The notes: generated from the sequence alone by a model not told the origin. 64,000 nucleotides of DNA from Candidatus Fermentimicrarchaeum limneticum (GCA_013426015.1 CP058998.1:1050758-1114757), one strand, 5' to 3'; shown: positions 1-9,472, numbered from the stretch's first letter. A program made the numbers and translations.

Positions 1-2
1 TG

Positions 3-413
3 GAAAAGAAGCCGGTTGAGAGGAACGACATACGCGTTTCAGGCCCATCCTCGCTTGATGACTTGTCCCTGAGCATAAACCAGGCGTCATGCGAGGTGAA
101 CAAGACTTCGCAGTTGGGTCGAGTGGTATTCCAGAGTCTGTCGACACTACTCATATACAACAGCCCTGGCATTGTTTACAAGTTCTGCCAAGTGATAGGG
201 GCGCGCCTGAAGTCGTGCGGCATGACAACGCTCTTCATGGTCGAGGAGGGAATGCACCAATCAGATGTCATTGCAACGCTGGAGCACATGATGGACGGGA
301 TTGTCGAGGTCAGATTCGAGGAGGGCAGATGGTTCATAAGCTCATCGCAGATAAGATCCAGCGGCAAGGTTGAAGTCAGGATAACATCTAAAGGTATAGA
401 AGCGATAAGGTAG
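3..413 (+). CDS. KaiC/RAD55-like ATPase, C-terminal part (5' end outside window)
   Basis: Frame is open from base 3 (EKKPVERNDIRVSGPSSLDDLSL...). RVVFQSLSTLL...TTLFMVEEGMH...LEHMMDGIVEV matches the C-terminal half of archaeal KaiC-like ATPases. Confidence 0.7.
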   Translation, partial: EKKPVERNDIRVSGPSSLDDLSLSINQASCEVNKTSQLGRVVFQSLSTLLIYNSPGIVYKFCQVIGARLKSCGMTTLFMVEEGMHQSDVIATLEHMMDGIVEVRFEEGRWFISSSQIRSSGKVEVRITSKGIEAIR

Positions 414-415
414 AT

Positions 416-1210
416 ATGATGGGAGAGGAGGAAGGCGACATAGACGCGGTTGATTATTCATCTCCTTCTTTTGCAAAGCCTGAACTGCCGGTTCCCAATA
501 TGAATGAAAGGGTGAAGACAGGCATACCCGGTCTGGATTCCATGATAGGCGGCGGGTTTGAGAGGAAGAGTGTTGTAATCGTAACCGGCTCTGCCGGCTC
601 TGGCAAGACAATACTGTCTCTGCAGTTTCTCTACAACGGAGCAATGCAGTTCAATGAGCCCGGCCTCTACGTCACATTCGAGGAGCAGAAGGAGAGCATC
701 TTCAGGCACATGCTGAGCTTCGGATGGGATTTTGCGCAGCTGGAGAGGGAGAAGAAGCTTGTGTTCTTGGAGTACCCTCCACATGAAGTTGATAGGTTCA
801 TCAGCGAGGGTGCAGTCATAGAGGACATGGTGAGGGAGTACGGCATCCAGAGGGTAGTCATGGACTCAATAACCTCCTTTATGTTGCTTTACAGCGAGGA
901 GTATAGGAGGAGGCAGGTTTTCTTAAAAACAATGGAGATACTAAGGAAATGGGGATGTACCACCCTGCTCACCTCAGAGGGGATGGCAAACGAGGATGGG
1001 GAGGTCAAGACGCGCTTCGGAGTCGAGTTCCTCGCTGATGGCCTGCTTTCCATCCACACGATAAAAAGAGGCGGCGTGAAGGAGTTTGCCGTAGAGGTTG
1101 TCAAGCTAAGGGGAATTCAGCATGAGATGAGGATGAACCTCATGAAGATAACTCCTAAGGGGATAGAAGTATACTCCTCCCAGCCTGTTTTCGGCGGCGA
1201 CTCGCCATGA
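416..1210 (+). CDS. Single-domain KaiC-like (RAD55/GvpD family) ATPase
   Basis: RVKTGIPGLD, Walker A GSAGSGKT, YVTFEE, Walker B VVMDS, VVKLRG. Confidence 0.9.
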   Translation: MMGEEEGDIDAVDYSSPSFAKPELPVPNMNERVKTGIPGLDSMIGGGFERKSVVIVTGSAGSGKTILSLQFLYNGAMQFNEPGLYVTFEEQKESIFRHMLSFGWDFAQLEREKKLVFLEYPPHEVDRFISEGAVIEDMVREYGIQRVVMDSITSFMLLYSEEYRRRQVFLKTMEILRKWGCTTLLTSEGMANEDGEVKTRFGVEFLADGLLSIHTIKRGGVKEFAVEVVKLRGIQHEMRMNLMKITPKGIEVYSSQPVFGGDSP

Positions 1211-1249
1211 GATGTAAAGCTTTTAATTACGTAAAACCAAACCCCTTCA

Positions 1250-3442
1250 ATGAGAAAGGCGCAGGCTGCCATTGAGCTCACAATCATAGCATCCGTGATG
1301 CTGATTGTTCTCTTATTCATTTTCGAGTTTGGTGAGACGAAAATACTTGAAAGCGCATCCATCCTGCAGGTTTCAGAAGCCAGAAACACAGTTGACAGAC
1401 TTGCAAAAGCAGCCACTGAAGTGCACAATGAGGGAGTTGGAGCCAAGAGGAAGGTGTACATCACCATACCAGACAGGGTAAACCCAGACAGGGTGTTTGT
1501 TGACAACAGCACGATTACAATAGGCGTCTACGTTGGGAATGGCACGAGCGACATAAGCTCCAGGGTCAACCTCGCGGTTAAAAAAGGCGGTTATTTCCCA
1601 ACCTCCCCCGGCAGCTATTGGGTGTGGGTAGCAGGGAAGGAAGGGTATGTGCAGATAGGCAACGCCCTTGAGATCAATCCCCTGAACGCCTACTTCGAGC
1701 TGTTCCCCAACAACTCAACAGAGTCAAATATAACGTTCACAAATTACGGAAGCTCCCCCATAAACGTGAGCATGAACCTCAGCTGGACGGATTCCGAAAC
1801 TAACGCAAGCATAGACAACACAAGGAATCTCAGCTTCGCCCTCTTGCCAGGCACCTTGAATTCGCAGAGCGTAAGACTCAACGTAAGCGCAAACCTCAAC
1901 GCCTCCAAAGGTTTGCACAGCGGCTATGCCACTGTGACTACAAACATCTCCGAATCGGAGCTGATGCCCGTTCTCGTAAACGTGGTTTCCCCAACCTCTG
2001 CTTCCGGCGGAGTGGCTTACCTCACGATCAATACGTACAACAACAGCGCCCATACTTATTCAGACACGGTTTTCTCTCAGAGCGAGACGGTCTACTACAA
2101 GGTAAGATCATACAATTCGAGCGATGGCCTTGTGAACTCGACAGTCACAATCAGAGTCTACAACCCCTCCTCCGCTATCATGTCCGATGGCACCTACACC
2201 CCGAGCAGCACTGGCACCTACCAGAGCAGCTACCCGCTGAACATAAACACAAGGTCAGGCGTATGGAGCATATCCGCTTATGACGCGGGCGGTGCGAGCA
2301 CAAGAGCTTACTTCACGGTAAACCCAACTTCCAGCAGCACTGTTCTGCTGAGCGTTACCACCGCGACTCCGTTCTGGCCTAGCCAGAGGGCGATATGCAG
2401 GGATGGCAAGAACTACATCCATATAATATGGCTCTACAACAGCTCCAGCATCGCATATGCACGGTCCACTAATAATGGAGTAACATTCTCGATAAACACG
2501 AGTTTCTTCGGCAGCACTTCCACAACCTCATCAACAAAATACACTCCATCTGTATCCTGCGACGGAAACAACATAACCGCAGTTTATACCGATGCTGGTT
2601 CTAGTGATGTGATAGTCGGCATCTCGACTGATAACGGCAATTCATGGAACTGGGCCAACCCTATAACATCGAACATACGGATGTATAACGCAGTTGAGAG
2701 GAGAGGGCAGAGGATATACATACTGTATGTGGACGGAGAGTATAACGTAAGCTTCTTCAACTCAACCGATGGAGGGAGCACATGGGGTCCCCAGACAATA
2801 CTCTGGCAGGCAGGGGATTACGGGCAATTCGGCTACGATCATTATACCGATGTCTCCCTGGCAGTCAATGGAACAGGAACATCCTCCGACAGCCTTTATG
2901 CTTCATGCTACGAAATCGCTTCCGACGGCACTTCCCAGACGTTTGCATCCTCATTCAGGAACTCTTCAAACGCAGGTGTGACATGGGGTGCGAAGAGGAC
3001 CATGGCACCGTGGAATGACGTAGGCACCGGCGAACCAAGCATAACCACCAACGGCAGCGCGGTGTTCGTCGCAAGCAACAACTACAGCAGCACCGAACAA
3101 GTGGCTACCCTGAACAAAAGCCTGGATGGCGGCGCCACGTGGTCATGGGAGCAGGTATCCAACACGGTCAGCTCGTTCTACGAGACTGCAACGTTGAACG
3201 GCACCATGCCTTTCATTCTGTGGAGGAACGGCTCCGCATCAAATGGCGACATATTCTACAGGAATTACAACGGAACGGGATGGGACAGTATACTTGCCTA
3301 CACCAGCGACCACAACGGGAACGACCTTCCGAATGCCAAGTGGAACTATGCAGGAAACTGCATAGAGTTCGTTTACAGGAACGGGACTGCCTCCCCATAC
3401 AACATATCCTACGCAAGGCTCGGCAGTTGCACCCCGCCGTAA
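1250..3442 (+). CDS. Type IV pilin-like adhesin with Ig-like region and C-terminal Asp-box (BNR, sialidase-like) propeller
   Basis: Class III signal MRKA|QAAIE plus hydrophobic helix. Five Asp-box-like motifs (STNNGVTF, STDNGNSW, STDGGSTW, SSNAGVTW, SLDGGATW). Many N-x-S/T sequons. Confidence 0.8.
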   Translation: MRKAQAAIELTIIASVMLIVLLFIFEFGETKILESASILQVSEARNTVDRLAKAATEVHNEGVGAKRKVYITIPDRVNPDRVFVDNSTITIGVYVGNGTSDISSRVNLAVKKGGYFPTSPGSYWVWVAGKEGYVQIGNALEINPLNAYFELFPNNSTESNITFTNYGSSPINVSMNLSWTDSETNASIDNTRNLSFALLPGTLNSQSVRLNVSANLNASKGLHSGYATVTTNISESELMPVLVNVVSPTSASGGVAYLTINTYNNSAHTYSDTVFSQSETVYYKVRSYNSSDGLVNSTVTIRVYNPSSAIMSDGTYTPSSTGTYQSSYPLNINTRSGVWSISAYDAGGASTRAYFTVNPTSSSTVLLSVTTATPFWPSQRAICRDGKNYIHIIWLYNSSSIAYARSTNNGVTFSINTSFFGSTSTTSSTKYTPSVSCDGNNITAVYTDAGSSDVIVGISTDNGNSWNWANPITSNIRMYNAVERRGQRIYILYVDGEYNVSFFNSTDGGSTWGPQTILWQAGDYGQFGYDHYTDVSLAVNGTGTSSDSLYASCYEIASDGTSQTFASSFRNSSNAGVTWGAKRTMAPWNDVGTGEPSITTNGSAVFVASNNYSSTEQVATLNKSLDGGATWSWEQVSNTVSSFYETATLNGTMPFILWRNGSASNGDIFYRNYNGTGWDSILAYTSDHNGNDLPNAKWNYAGNCIEFVYRNGTASPYNISYARLGSCTPP

Positions 3443-3489
3443 CCTCGCAATACAAAACTAATTTAAATACAGAATTGCATTTCTAACCC

Positions 3490-4554
3490 ATGCGCAGGAA
3501 AGGACAGGGGGCGACAGAACTCTTGGTGCTCCTAGCCATGATTGCAATTGTAGGCTTGGTAATCTACGCATCCAGCCAGACAACCCTCGCAGAATCTAGG
3601 AAAGCACTCCTGCTCTCGCAGGCAAGAGCCACAGTTAATGACTTGGCAGCCGCGAGTTCAGAGGTTTATTCAGAAGGTGTAGGCGCAAAGAGAAGGGTTT
3701 ACATTATCATACCTGAAGGTTCGGATTCAGCCAGGGTTTACGTGAACAATACAATCATAAATGTTGGGATAAGGATAGACTCAACCGTCACTGACATAAA
3801 CACCAAGACTACAATGCGGGTTGTCCAGGGAGCTGACTTCCCTACAACTTCAGGGAGCTACTGGGTGCCGGTAACTGCTAAGGAAGGATATGTGCTGATT
3901 GGCAGCTCATTTCTTGATATAAGCCCCACCTCAGTTTCAGTTGAGATGCTGCCTTCCAATTCGACCAGCACTGGGATAAGATTCACAAATCTGGGGCCAG
4001 CCTCCCTCAATGTCAGCTTATCAGTCCAGTGGACCCATAATGGGACAGTTGACATGTCTCTCAACACAACCAACTTTATTCTGGCTTCCTCAGGTGATGC
4101 GGTCACTAACTACGCGCTGGTCAGCTTCCAGACGAATGCCAATACCCCTCTCCAGCTCTACAGCGGGAAGATTGCCGTGAGCACCAACACCACGGAGTCT
4201 GCGGAGATACCTTTGAGCGTTGATGTTGTTGGAACACAGGTGCCCACTGGTGTCTCATATGTTGTTATTGAAACTTTCAAAAACAGCAGCTACGCAACCC
4301 AAACAACCAATTTTACCTTGCCGGTGAATGCTATCATAACTGGCTCGGACTGGACTCCGGGTGCCGTGAGCATTGATATAAAAGATCCCTCCAGCACATC
4401 CGTGAGCGGATACCCAACTCAAGTCACAGCTAACAGCAGTGGTGGGTTCTCCCACCTCTGGAATCCAGCAGGAGCCACCCCCGGGCAGTATACTGTAGTA
4501 GCCAATCAATCAACAACTAATTCAACAACCTTCAACATAACCGTTTGTTCATAG
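3490..4554 (+). CDS. Type IV pilin-like protein, paralog of the N-terminal half of 1250..3442
   Basis: MRRKG|QGATE class III signal. Shares EGVGAKRxVYI and FPTxxGSYWV..KEGYV with the upstream gene. Confidence 0.8.
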   Translation: MRRKGQGATELLVLLAMIAIVGLVIYASSQTTLAESRKALLLSQARATVNDLAAASSEVYSEGVGAKRRVYIIIPEGSDSARVYVNNTIINVGIRIDSTVTDINTKTTMRVVQGADFPTTSGSYWVPVTAKEGYVLIGSSFLDISPTSVSVEMLPSNSTSTGIRFTNLGPASLNVSLSVQWTHNGTVDMSLNTTNFILASSGDAVTNYALVSFQTNANTPLQLYSGKIAVSTNTTESAEIPLSVDVVGTQVPTGVSYVVIETFKNSSYATQTTNFTLPVNAIITGSDWTPGAVSIDIKDPSSTSVSGYPTQVTANSSGGFSHLWNPAGATPGQYTVVANQSTTNSTTFNITVCS

Positions 4555-4566
4555 CAAGGGCGGGAT

Positions 4567-5655
4567 ATGCTAGACAACCCGGTATTCATATTAAATACCC
4601 TATTCGTGCTAGTCCTGGGGATAGTCACTTCCTACGGCGATATCAGAAAGAATAAAATAAGCAACCGATACGTAATAATCGCAGTAATCCTCGCCTTCCT
4701 CACAAACGTTCTTGGAAGCTACTTTGCGCAGGCATCGACTGATACCAAAATGCTCTATATACAAACAACTCTGCTCAACGCCTTCTTTGCCCTCCTCGTA
4801 GGCTTCATTCTTTGGTATGCTAAAATATGGAGGGCTGGAGATGGGAAGCTGTTTTTCGCCTATGCCTTTCTGCTGCCAGTTTCCACCTATTACTATGGGT
4901 ATGTAGCCTATTTCCCTTCATTTACTCTCCTAGTAAACACTCTCATCCCACTTTTCTTAATACTCACCTTCAACCTTTGGTACATAACAAGCACAGAAGA
5001 GAAATTTGAAATTTTCAAGAGTGTAGTCAACCCCAAACGGCTCTTTTACATGCTGCTTTCGCTAATGAGCACTCAGTGGATAATATCCATATTATTCCAG
5101 CGCCTTCTTTCCGTAAGCGATTTCCTCACCGCGGGCTGCATATCCATCCTAGTTTTAGTATTTCTAACTAATCACCTGCAGGACATACTATACGAGATTT
5201 CTATCCCTGTAGTGATCCTAAGGATAATGCTGGATTACGGGACGGTGGTTTCCTACAGCTTTTTCACACAATTTCTGCTTCTCTTCGGTCTGTTTCTTTT
5301 GGCTATAACCTTCATAACAAACTTGGCTTCCTTCAGATTCAACGACAAGATCAGAGTGCCGGATGTCAAAAAAGGAATGTGCTGTGTAGAAAGGATTTCC
5401 CGGAAGGGAAGGTTCTATGAGAAGACCCTCACCCCACACAACCGAATTTTAAAACTCAATTACGAGAGCCTGACGCAAGACGATGTTGATAGATTGAAGC
5501 GTATGAATAAGAACGGTCAGCTGAGGTTTGACGAGTTAACAATACAGCAGACTATCCCTTTTGCGCCGCTCCTCTTTTTCGGGGTCCTGCTCACAATAGT
5601 ACTTAGAGGTGATGTCCTCACCCATCTTAAACTTTTATTCAACTCAGTATTGTGA
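4567..5655 (+). CDS. A24 family prepilin peptidase (EppA/PibD-like, long form)
   Basis: Multi-TM. First Asp motif TSYGDIRKNKISN, GxGD-type motif WRAGDGKLF, C-terminal TIPFAPLLFFG. Confidence 0.85.
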   Translation: MLDNPVFILNTLFVLVLGIVTSYGDIRKNKISNRYVIIAVILAFLTNVLGSYFAQASTDTKMLYIQTTLLNAFFALLVGFILWYAKIWRAGDGKLFFAYAFLLPVSTYYYGYVAYFPSFTLLVNTLIPLFLILTFNLWYITSTEEKFEIFKSVVNPKRLFYMLLSLMSTQWIISILFQRLLSVSDFLTAGCISILVLVFLTNHLQDILYEISIPVVILRIMLDYGTVVSYSFFTQFLLLFGLFLLAITFITNLASFRFNDKIRVPDVKKGMCCVERISRKGRFYEKTLTPHNRILKLNYESLTQDDVDRLKRMNKNGQLRFDELTIQQTIPFAPLLFFGVLLTIVLRGDVLTHLKLLFNSVL

Positions 5656-5720
5656 AATTGAAAAATCGCGCTGTGATACCATTTTATTCTTATACATGCA
5701 AATATCCATGGTGATGCAGA

Positions 5721-6134
5721 ATGACGGATTCGCCCAAGAATGTCCAGTACCTTAAAGATCGCGTCCTCTTCTCCATAAATCCAAAAATCTATCCATTGGA
5801 AGTAGTCCATTCTGCAGCCTACGCATTGATAGACAAGGCGTATGTAATGCTAGACGGCGATCCGAACGATGAAATAATCGCAGAATTGAAACCCAAGAAT
5901 AAAGGGGAAATAAGGGAAGTTGTTACAAAGTTTGCAGAAGAACTCCTGAATTATGCTGTGTACTACAACCAATCAAGAATGAACAAGGGAGTCCGGGAGA
6001 TGATAATTGGAAGAGTGTTCTCAACTAACATACAAGCTTCCGAAACTACCCAGGAAAAGGATGAGAAATGCGATGAGATCGCCGACCCTCTCGGGATTGC
6101 GAAACCATGGACCCCGCCAAAAAAGAAAAGGTGA
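5721..6134 (+). CDS. hxsD: His-Xaa-Ser system protein HxsD
   Basis: INPKIYPLEVVHSAAYALIDKAYVML...FAEELLNY...VREMIIGR resembles HxsD. Lies upstream of HxsB and the HxS precursor. Confidence 0.8.
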   Translation: MTDSPKNVQYLKDRVLFSINPKIYPLEVVHSAAYALIDKAYVMLDGDPNDEIIAELKPKNKGEIREVVTKFAEELLNYAVYYNQSRMNKGVREMIIGRVFSTNIQASETTQEKDEKCDEIADPLGIAKPWTPPKKKR

Positions 6135-6141
6135 ATTTTGG

Positions 6142-6396
6142 ATGGAACGGCTAATCTTTGACAGGAAGAGACATGCGGTTATTCTGAATCTGAATACGAG
6201 GGTTTACAAGATGGATAAAATACTCAAAATTGCTCAGACTTTCTCGCAGGCATGCAACGTGGACGTATCTGGAGATGTTGATTGCACGGTGCAGGTGACG
6301 CTTAAACCAAAGTCGAGGAATATGAGAGCGGAGGAAATTGGATACGAGTTCTTCAATCACGTGCTCGCCGAGATGAAGATTTCTGAGGATATATAG
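6142..6396 (+). CDS. Second, shorter HxsD-like protein
   Basis: ATG 6142 follows GGTGA. LNTRVYKMDKI...VTLKPK...GYEFFNHVL parallels the HxsD pattern. Confidence 0.6.
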   Translation: MERLIFDRKRHAVILNLNTRVYKMDKILKIAQTFSQACNVDVSGDVDCTVQVTLKPKSRNMRAEEIGYEFFNHVLAEMKISEDI

Positions 6397-6403
6397 TGAT
6401 AGG

Positions 6404-7837
6404 ATGGTCACGAGTCTCTTCGATTATCCCGAATCTCCTCAATACGCAGAGAACAGGTACATTCCAAAGAAACTTGCGGAGGGGGATTACCTGGTGACCA
6501 TTGATAACGGAGCATGGGCGTTGCTCTCTGAGGAAGAGCATGAACTGCTGAAAACCCATCGCGTTTCAGAGAATCCAGATCTATTCAAGAAATTGGAGAG
6601 TTTGGGGATAATCATAACGCAAAGCAACCAAGCGAAAGTGGTTGGCGATTACCAAGCAAGATTCTCCCACATATGCAACGGTACCTCTCTCCACATAGCC
6701 GCAATTACTTCTAGATGCAACCAGAGATGTCTCTACTGCTACGTCAACCCAAAACCAATCAGTTCAAAAGGATTCGATATGGACAAAGACACTGCCAAGA
6801 GAGTCGTCGAGTTCATGTTCCAAAGCCCATCGAAAGCAATAACAATAGAATTTCAGGGTGGGGAGCCCCTCCTTAACTTCCCGATCATTCAATACATAAT
6901 AGACTACTCAAAGAAGCTGAACAAAAAATACAAGAAGGATATTGTCTACACCCTTGTCACCAACCTGACGCTGATGCAGGAGGACATCCTGAAGTACTTG
7001 ATTAGAAATAGGGTCGGAATCTGCACCTCGCTGGATGGTCCGAAAGAGGTGCACGATAGGAACAGGAGGTTTCTGGGCGGGCATGGTACGCACGATGAGG
7101 TTGTCCACTGGATACAGGACATAAAAACCCAGTTCGCCTACAACGTTAATGCTCTCCCAGTTATAACGAAATTCTCCCTTCCCTACGCCAAGGAAATAGT
7201 TGATGAATACGTGAACCTTGGATTCAACCGTATAAGAATAAAGCATATGATATACTGCGGTCTCGCAAAAGAAAATTGGAACAAGATAGGCTACACACCC
7301 GAGCAGTACCTCAAATTCTGGAAGGGGGCTCTGGAATACTGTTTCAAGATAAATAAGAGTGGCAGGTTTTTTGCAGAGGGAACAAGCCTTCTTATAACCC
7401 GAAAGTTCCTGTCGAGGGACTATCAGGCATTCACCTGCCTGGGGTGGCCATGTGGTGCTGCCTTGACTCAAACCTCATACGACCCGCACGGGGATATACG
7501 CTCATGCGACGAATCGAGAAGCTTCGAGGAATTCAAGATTGGGAGCGTTAGGAAGGACAGCTACAGGAACGTCTACACCTCGCCAAGAGTGCTCAATATC
7601 GTTGCTCTTACTTCTGGCCTCAACTCGCTATGCGATGCATGCGTGTGGCATCCCTACTGCAACAACTGCATCGTATCTTCCTTCGGCATGGAAGGGAACC
7701 CAGTCCCCAAACTTCCCATTGATTATGAGTGCAAAATCCGAGGGGGGCTTATCGAGCATGTTCTTAGAACCCTAGCATACTCAAAAGAAAAAAGAAAGAT
7801 TCTGATGGAATGGTGCTCAAGCAAGCAGGGAATATGA
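6404..7837 (+). CDS. hxsB: His-Xaa-Ser system radical SAM/SPASM maturase HxsB
   Basis: N-terminal YLVTIDNGAWALL, TSLHI, CNQRCLYC, TIEFQGGEPLLNF, ICTSLDGP, PCGA..CDE, C-terminal CxxCxxxPYC cluster. Confidence 0.9.
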   Translation: MVTSLFDYPESPQYAENRYIPKKLAEGDYLVTIDNGAWALLSEEEHELLKTHRVSENPDLFKKLESLGIIITQSNQAKVVGDYQARFSHICNGTSLHIAAITSRCNQRCLYCYVNPKPISSKGFDMDKDTAKRVVEFMFQSPSKAITIEFQGGEPLLNFPIIQYIIDYSKKLNKKYKKDIVYTLVTNLTLMQEDILKYLIRNRVGICTSLDGPKEVHDRNRRFLGGHGTHDEVVHWIQDIKTQFAYNVNALPVITKFSLPYAKEIVDEYVNLGFNRIRIKHMIYCGLAKENWNKIGYTPEQYLKFWKGALEYCFKINKSGRFFAEGTSLLITRKFLSRDYQAFTCLGWPCGAALTQTSYDPHGDIRSCDESRSFEEFKIGSVRKDSYRNVYTSPRVLNIVALTSGLNSLCDACVWHPYCNNCIVSSFGMEGNPVPKLPIDYECKIRGGLIEHVLRTLAYSKEKRKILMEWCSSKQGI

Positions 7838-7851
7838 CCAGCCCCAGCACC

Positions 7852-7869
7852 AACCCAAAAATTTATATA
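7852..7869 (+). promoter_or_regulatory. BRE/TATA promoter for the precursor gene
   Basis: A-rich tract then TTTATATA (7862-7869), 21 nt before GTG 7891, which is leaderless-mRNA spacing. Confidence 0.55.
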
Positions 7870-7890
7870 CTACTGTTCAGAAATATTCCC

Positions 7891-8241
7891 GTGGCAAAAA
7901 AGTTCAGCTTACCATCCCTAAGTAAGACTGTCACCTCATTTCTGCTTGAGGAGGAGGGTAAAATATCAAAGGAATCGCTTCTTAAGCTAGGTGCGGTTGT
8001 CGGCAGCATCTCTGCAATGAGCAAAATTGCAAGTGCAGCCCACAGCCAGAATGTTGCCCACTCCCAAGCTACATCTGTTAGTTACGCGGGATCAACAATA
8101 ACCGCAACCCACTCACACTACGACCCGGCACATTCATCGCACTCCTCCCACAGCTCCCATGCGTCACACACCTCCCATGCGTCACACACCTCGCATTCCG
8201 TCCATAGCTCTACTGGTGGTAGTTGCGTCTACATCGGGTGA
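7891..8241 (+). CDS. hxsA: His-Xaa-Ser repeat precursor peptide (HxsA-like), 116 aa
   Basis: C-terminal HSS HSS HSS HAS HTS HAS HTS HSV HSS, adjacent to HxsB. GTG start chosen from TATA spacing. Confidence 0.9.
   Translation: MAKKFSLPSLSKTVTSFLLEEEGKISKESLLKLGAVVGSISAMSKIASAAHSQNVAHSQATSVSYAGSTITATHSHYDPAHSSHSSHSSHASHTSHASHTSHSVHSSTGGSCVYIG
8131..8211 (+). repeat. 9-nt-period His-Xaa-Ser coding repeat including an 18-bp tandem duplication
   Basis: catgcgtcacacacctc(c/g) occurs twice (8158-8175, 8176-8193). Confidence 0.9.
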
Positions 8242-8245
8242 TCAT

Positions 8246-8803
8246 TTGCTTCTGAAAAGAGTCAGAATTCCGCTAGTCAATATAAGGAAGAAGTATTTCG
8301 TTTACCTAATCCTGGTATTCTTCGTTTCACTAATACTGCATGAATTCGGGCATATCGCAGTTGTACTTGCCGGAGGTGGCAGAATAACCTCATTCACTCT
8401 GACACGCCTTACTTGGGAGGCTCAACCTTCCGGTGATCTGCCATATCTTCTAGGCGGACCGTTGGTTACGTTAATCATATGCTACTTTGCAGTATACAAA
8501 TTTTTTGATGATAGAAAAAACCCCGACCTATGGCTTGCAACAGTAGTCTGCAATCTCTCTCCACCCATTTCACTGATGCTCTACTTGCTTTCGCTCCCGC
8601 ATGACGAAGGTAAAATAATGAGTTTGGCGAATATCCCACCGATAATATTCTTACCAATTTATTTTCTTATCTTTTCGCTGCCAATACTCGTAGCATTTAA
8701 AGCCCCCAAACTCCCCATCAACAAAAAGATAACATTCTATCTTTACAATCTGGTCATCCTACTCGCAGAATTAAAATTTTTAAGCATACTCGGATTTTCT
8801 TAG
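8246..8803 (+). CDS. HExxH membrane zinc metalloprotease (M50/site-2-protease-like)
   Basis: TM segment ending ILHEFGH, GGPLVT, a later HD, several TM helices. TTG 8246 follows GGTGA. Confidence 0.65.
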   Translation: MLLKRVRIPLVNIRKKYFVYLILVFFVSLILHEFGHIAVVLAGGGRITSFTLTRLTWEAQPSGDLPYLLGGPLVTLIICYFAVYKFFDDRKNPDLWLATVVCNLSPPISLMLYLLSLPHDEGKIMSLANIPPIIFLPIYFLIFSLPILVAFKAPKLPINKKITFYLYNLVILLAELKFLSILGFS

Positions 8804-8839
8804 GATAAATTTTTAAGCTACGACGCCTAAACGTATAAT

Positions 8840-9421
8840 GTGCTCGAACGGTTAACTCAAAGAAGATATCTACTCCTAGCTCTAGTCTTATTCACATTCA
8901 TCGCTTATGTTGTTTACCGGGAGTACGATACATCACAAAGATGCGGCGGGAAGCCCTGCCCAGAAGAACTGACTGCAAAATTAATAAAGAAGTATTCCAA
9001 CTCCCCGAATTGCAGTAATGGACTGTGTCCATTTGACCTAGTGAGAGAGTGGGAGGATAACAAATGCCCAATTGAACTATCAAACTCGCTAGTCTATGAT
9101 GTCCATATAGCGAATAACCCAGATGGCTCACTTAAAGATTTCACCTGCGAATTCGGTCCGATGTACAAACTAGTTGATTCAACACCGACAGAAGCAACCA
9201 TAAAAGATTGCAGCCAAGAAACCGTGGAGTCATTAGATAACGCAATAAAAGGAAAAAACATGACGCCAGTAAAATACGCGAGAACAATATATGTTTTTCC
9301 ACCTAATTTTGTGGACTATCACTATACCGTGCTTGCATGCGACAAATATACCTCGGGTCTTTTTAACGGAAGATATCTCATGCTGACTTTCGTCAACTTT
9401 TCTGGGCTTCTATATGGCTGA
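8840..9421 (+). CDS. Membrane-anchored Cys-containing hypothetical protein
   Basis: One N-terminal TM helix and 8 Cys. TATA-like TTTTTAA about 25 nt upstream. Confidence 0.55.
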   Translation: MLERLTQRRYLLLALVLFTFIAYVVYREYDTSQRCGGKPCPEELTAKLIKKYSNSPNCSNGLCPFDLVREWEDNKCPIELSNSLVYDVHIANNPDGSLKDFTCEFGPMYKLVDSTPTEATIKDCSQETVESLDNAIKGKNMTPVKYARTIYVFPPNFVDYHYTVLACDKYTSGLFNGRYLMLTFVNFSGLLYG

Positions 9422-9472
9422 TTGTGGTTCTCACTTCGCTTTTAGCGAAATACAGGCATCCAGAGGCGTATC

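Noticed and set aside
3..1210. Circadian clock (kaiABC)
   Set aside because: The complete copy is single-domain and there is no kaiA or kaiB.
7810..7890. Longer 143-aa version of the precursor
   Set aside because: Overlaps hxsB and reads through a TATA box. GTG 7891 fits promoter spacing better.
8159..8245. N-terminal MRHTPP repeats of the protease ORF
   Set aside because: Alternate-frame reading of the HxS repeat. The real start is likely TTG 8246.
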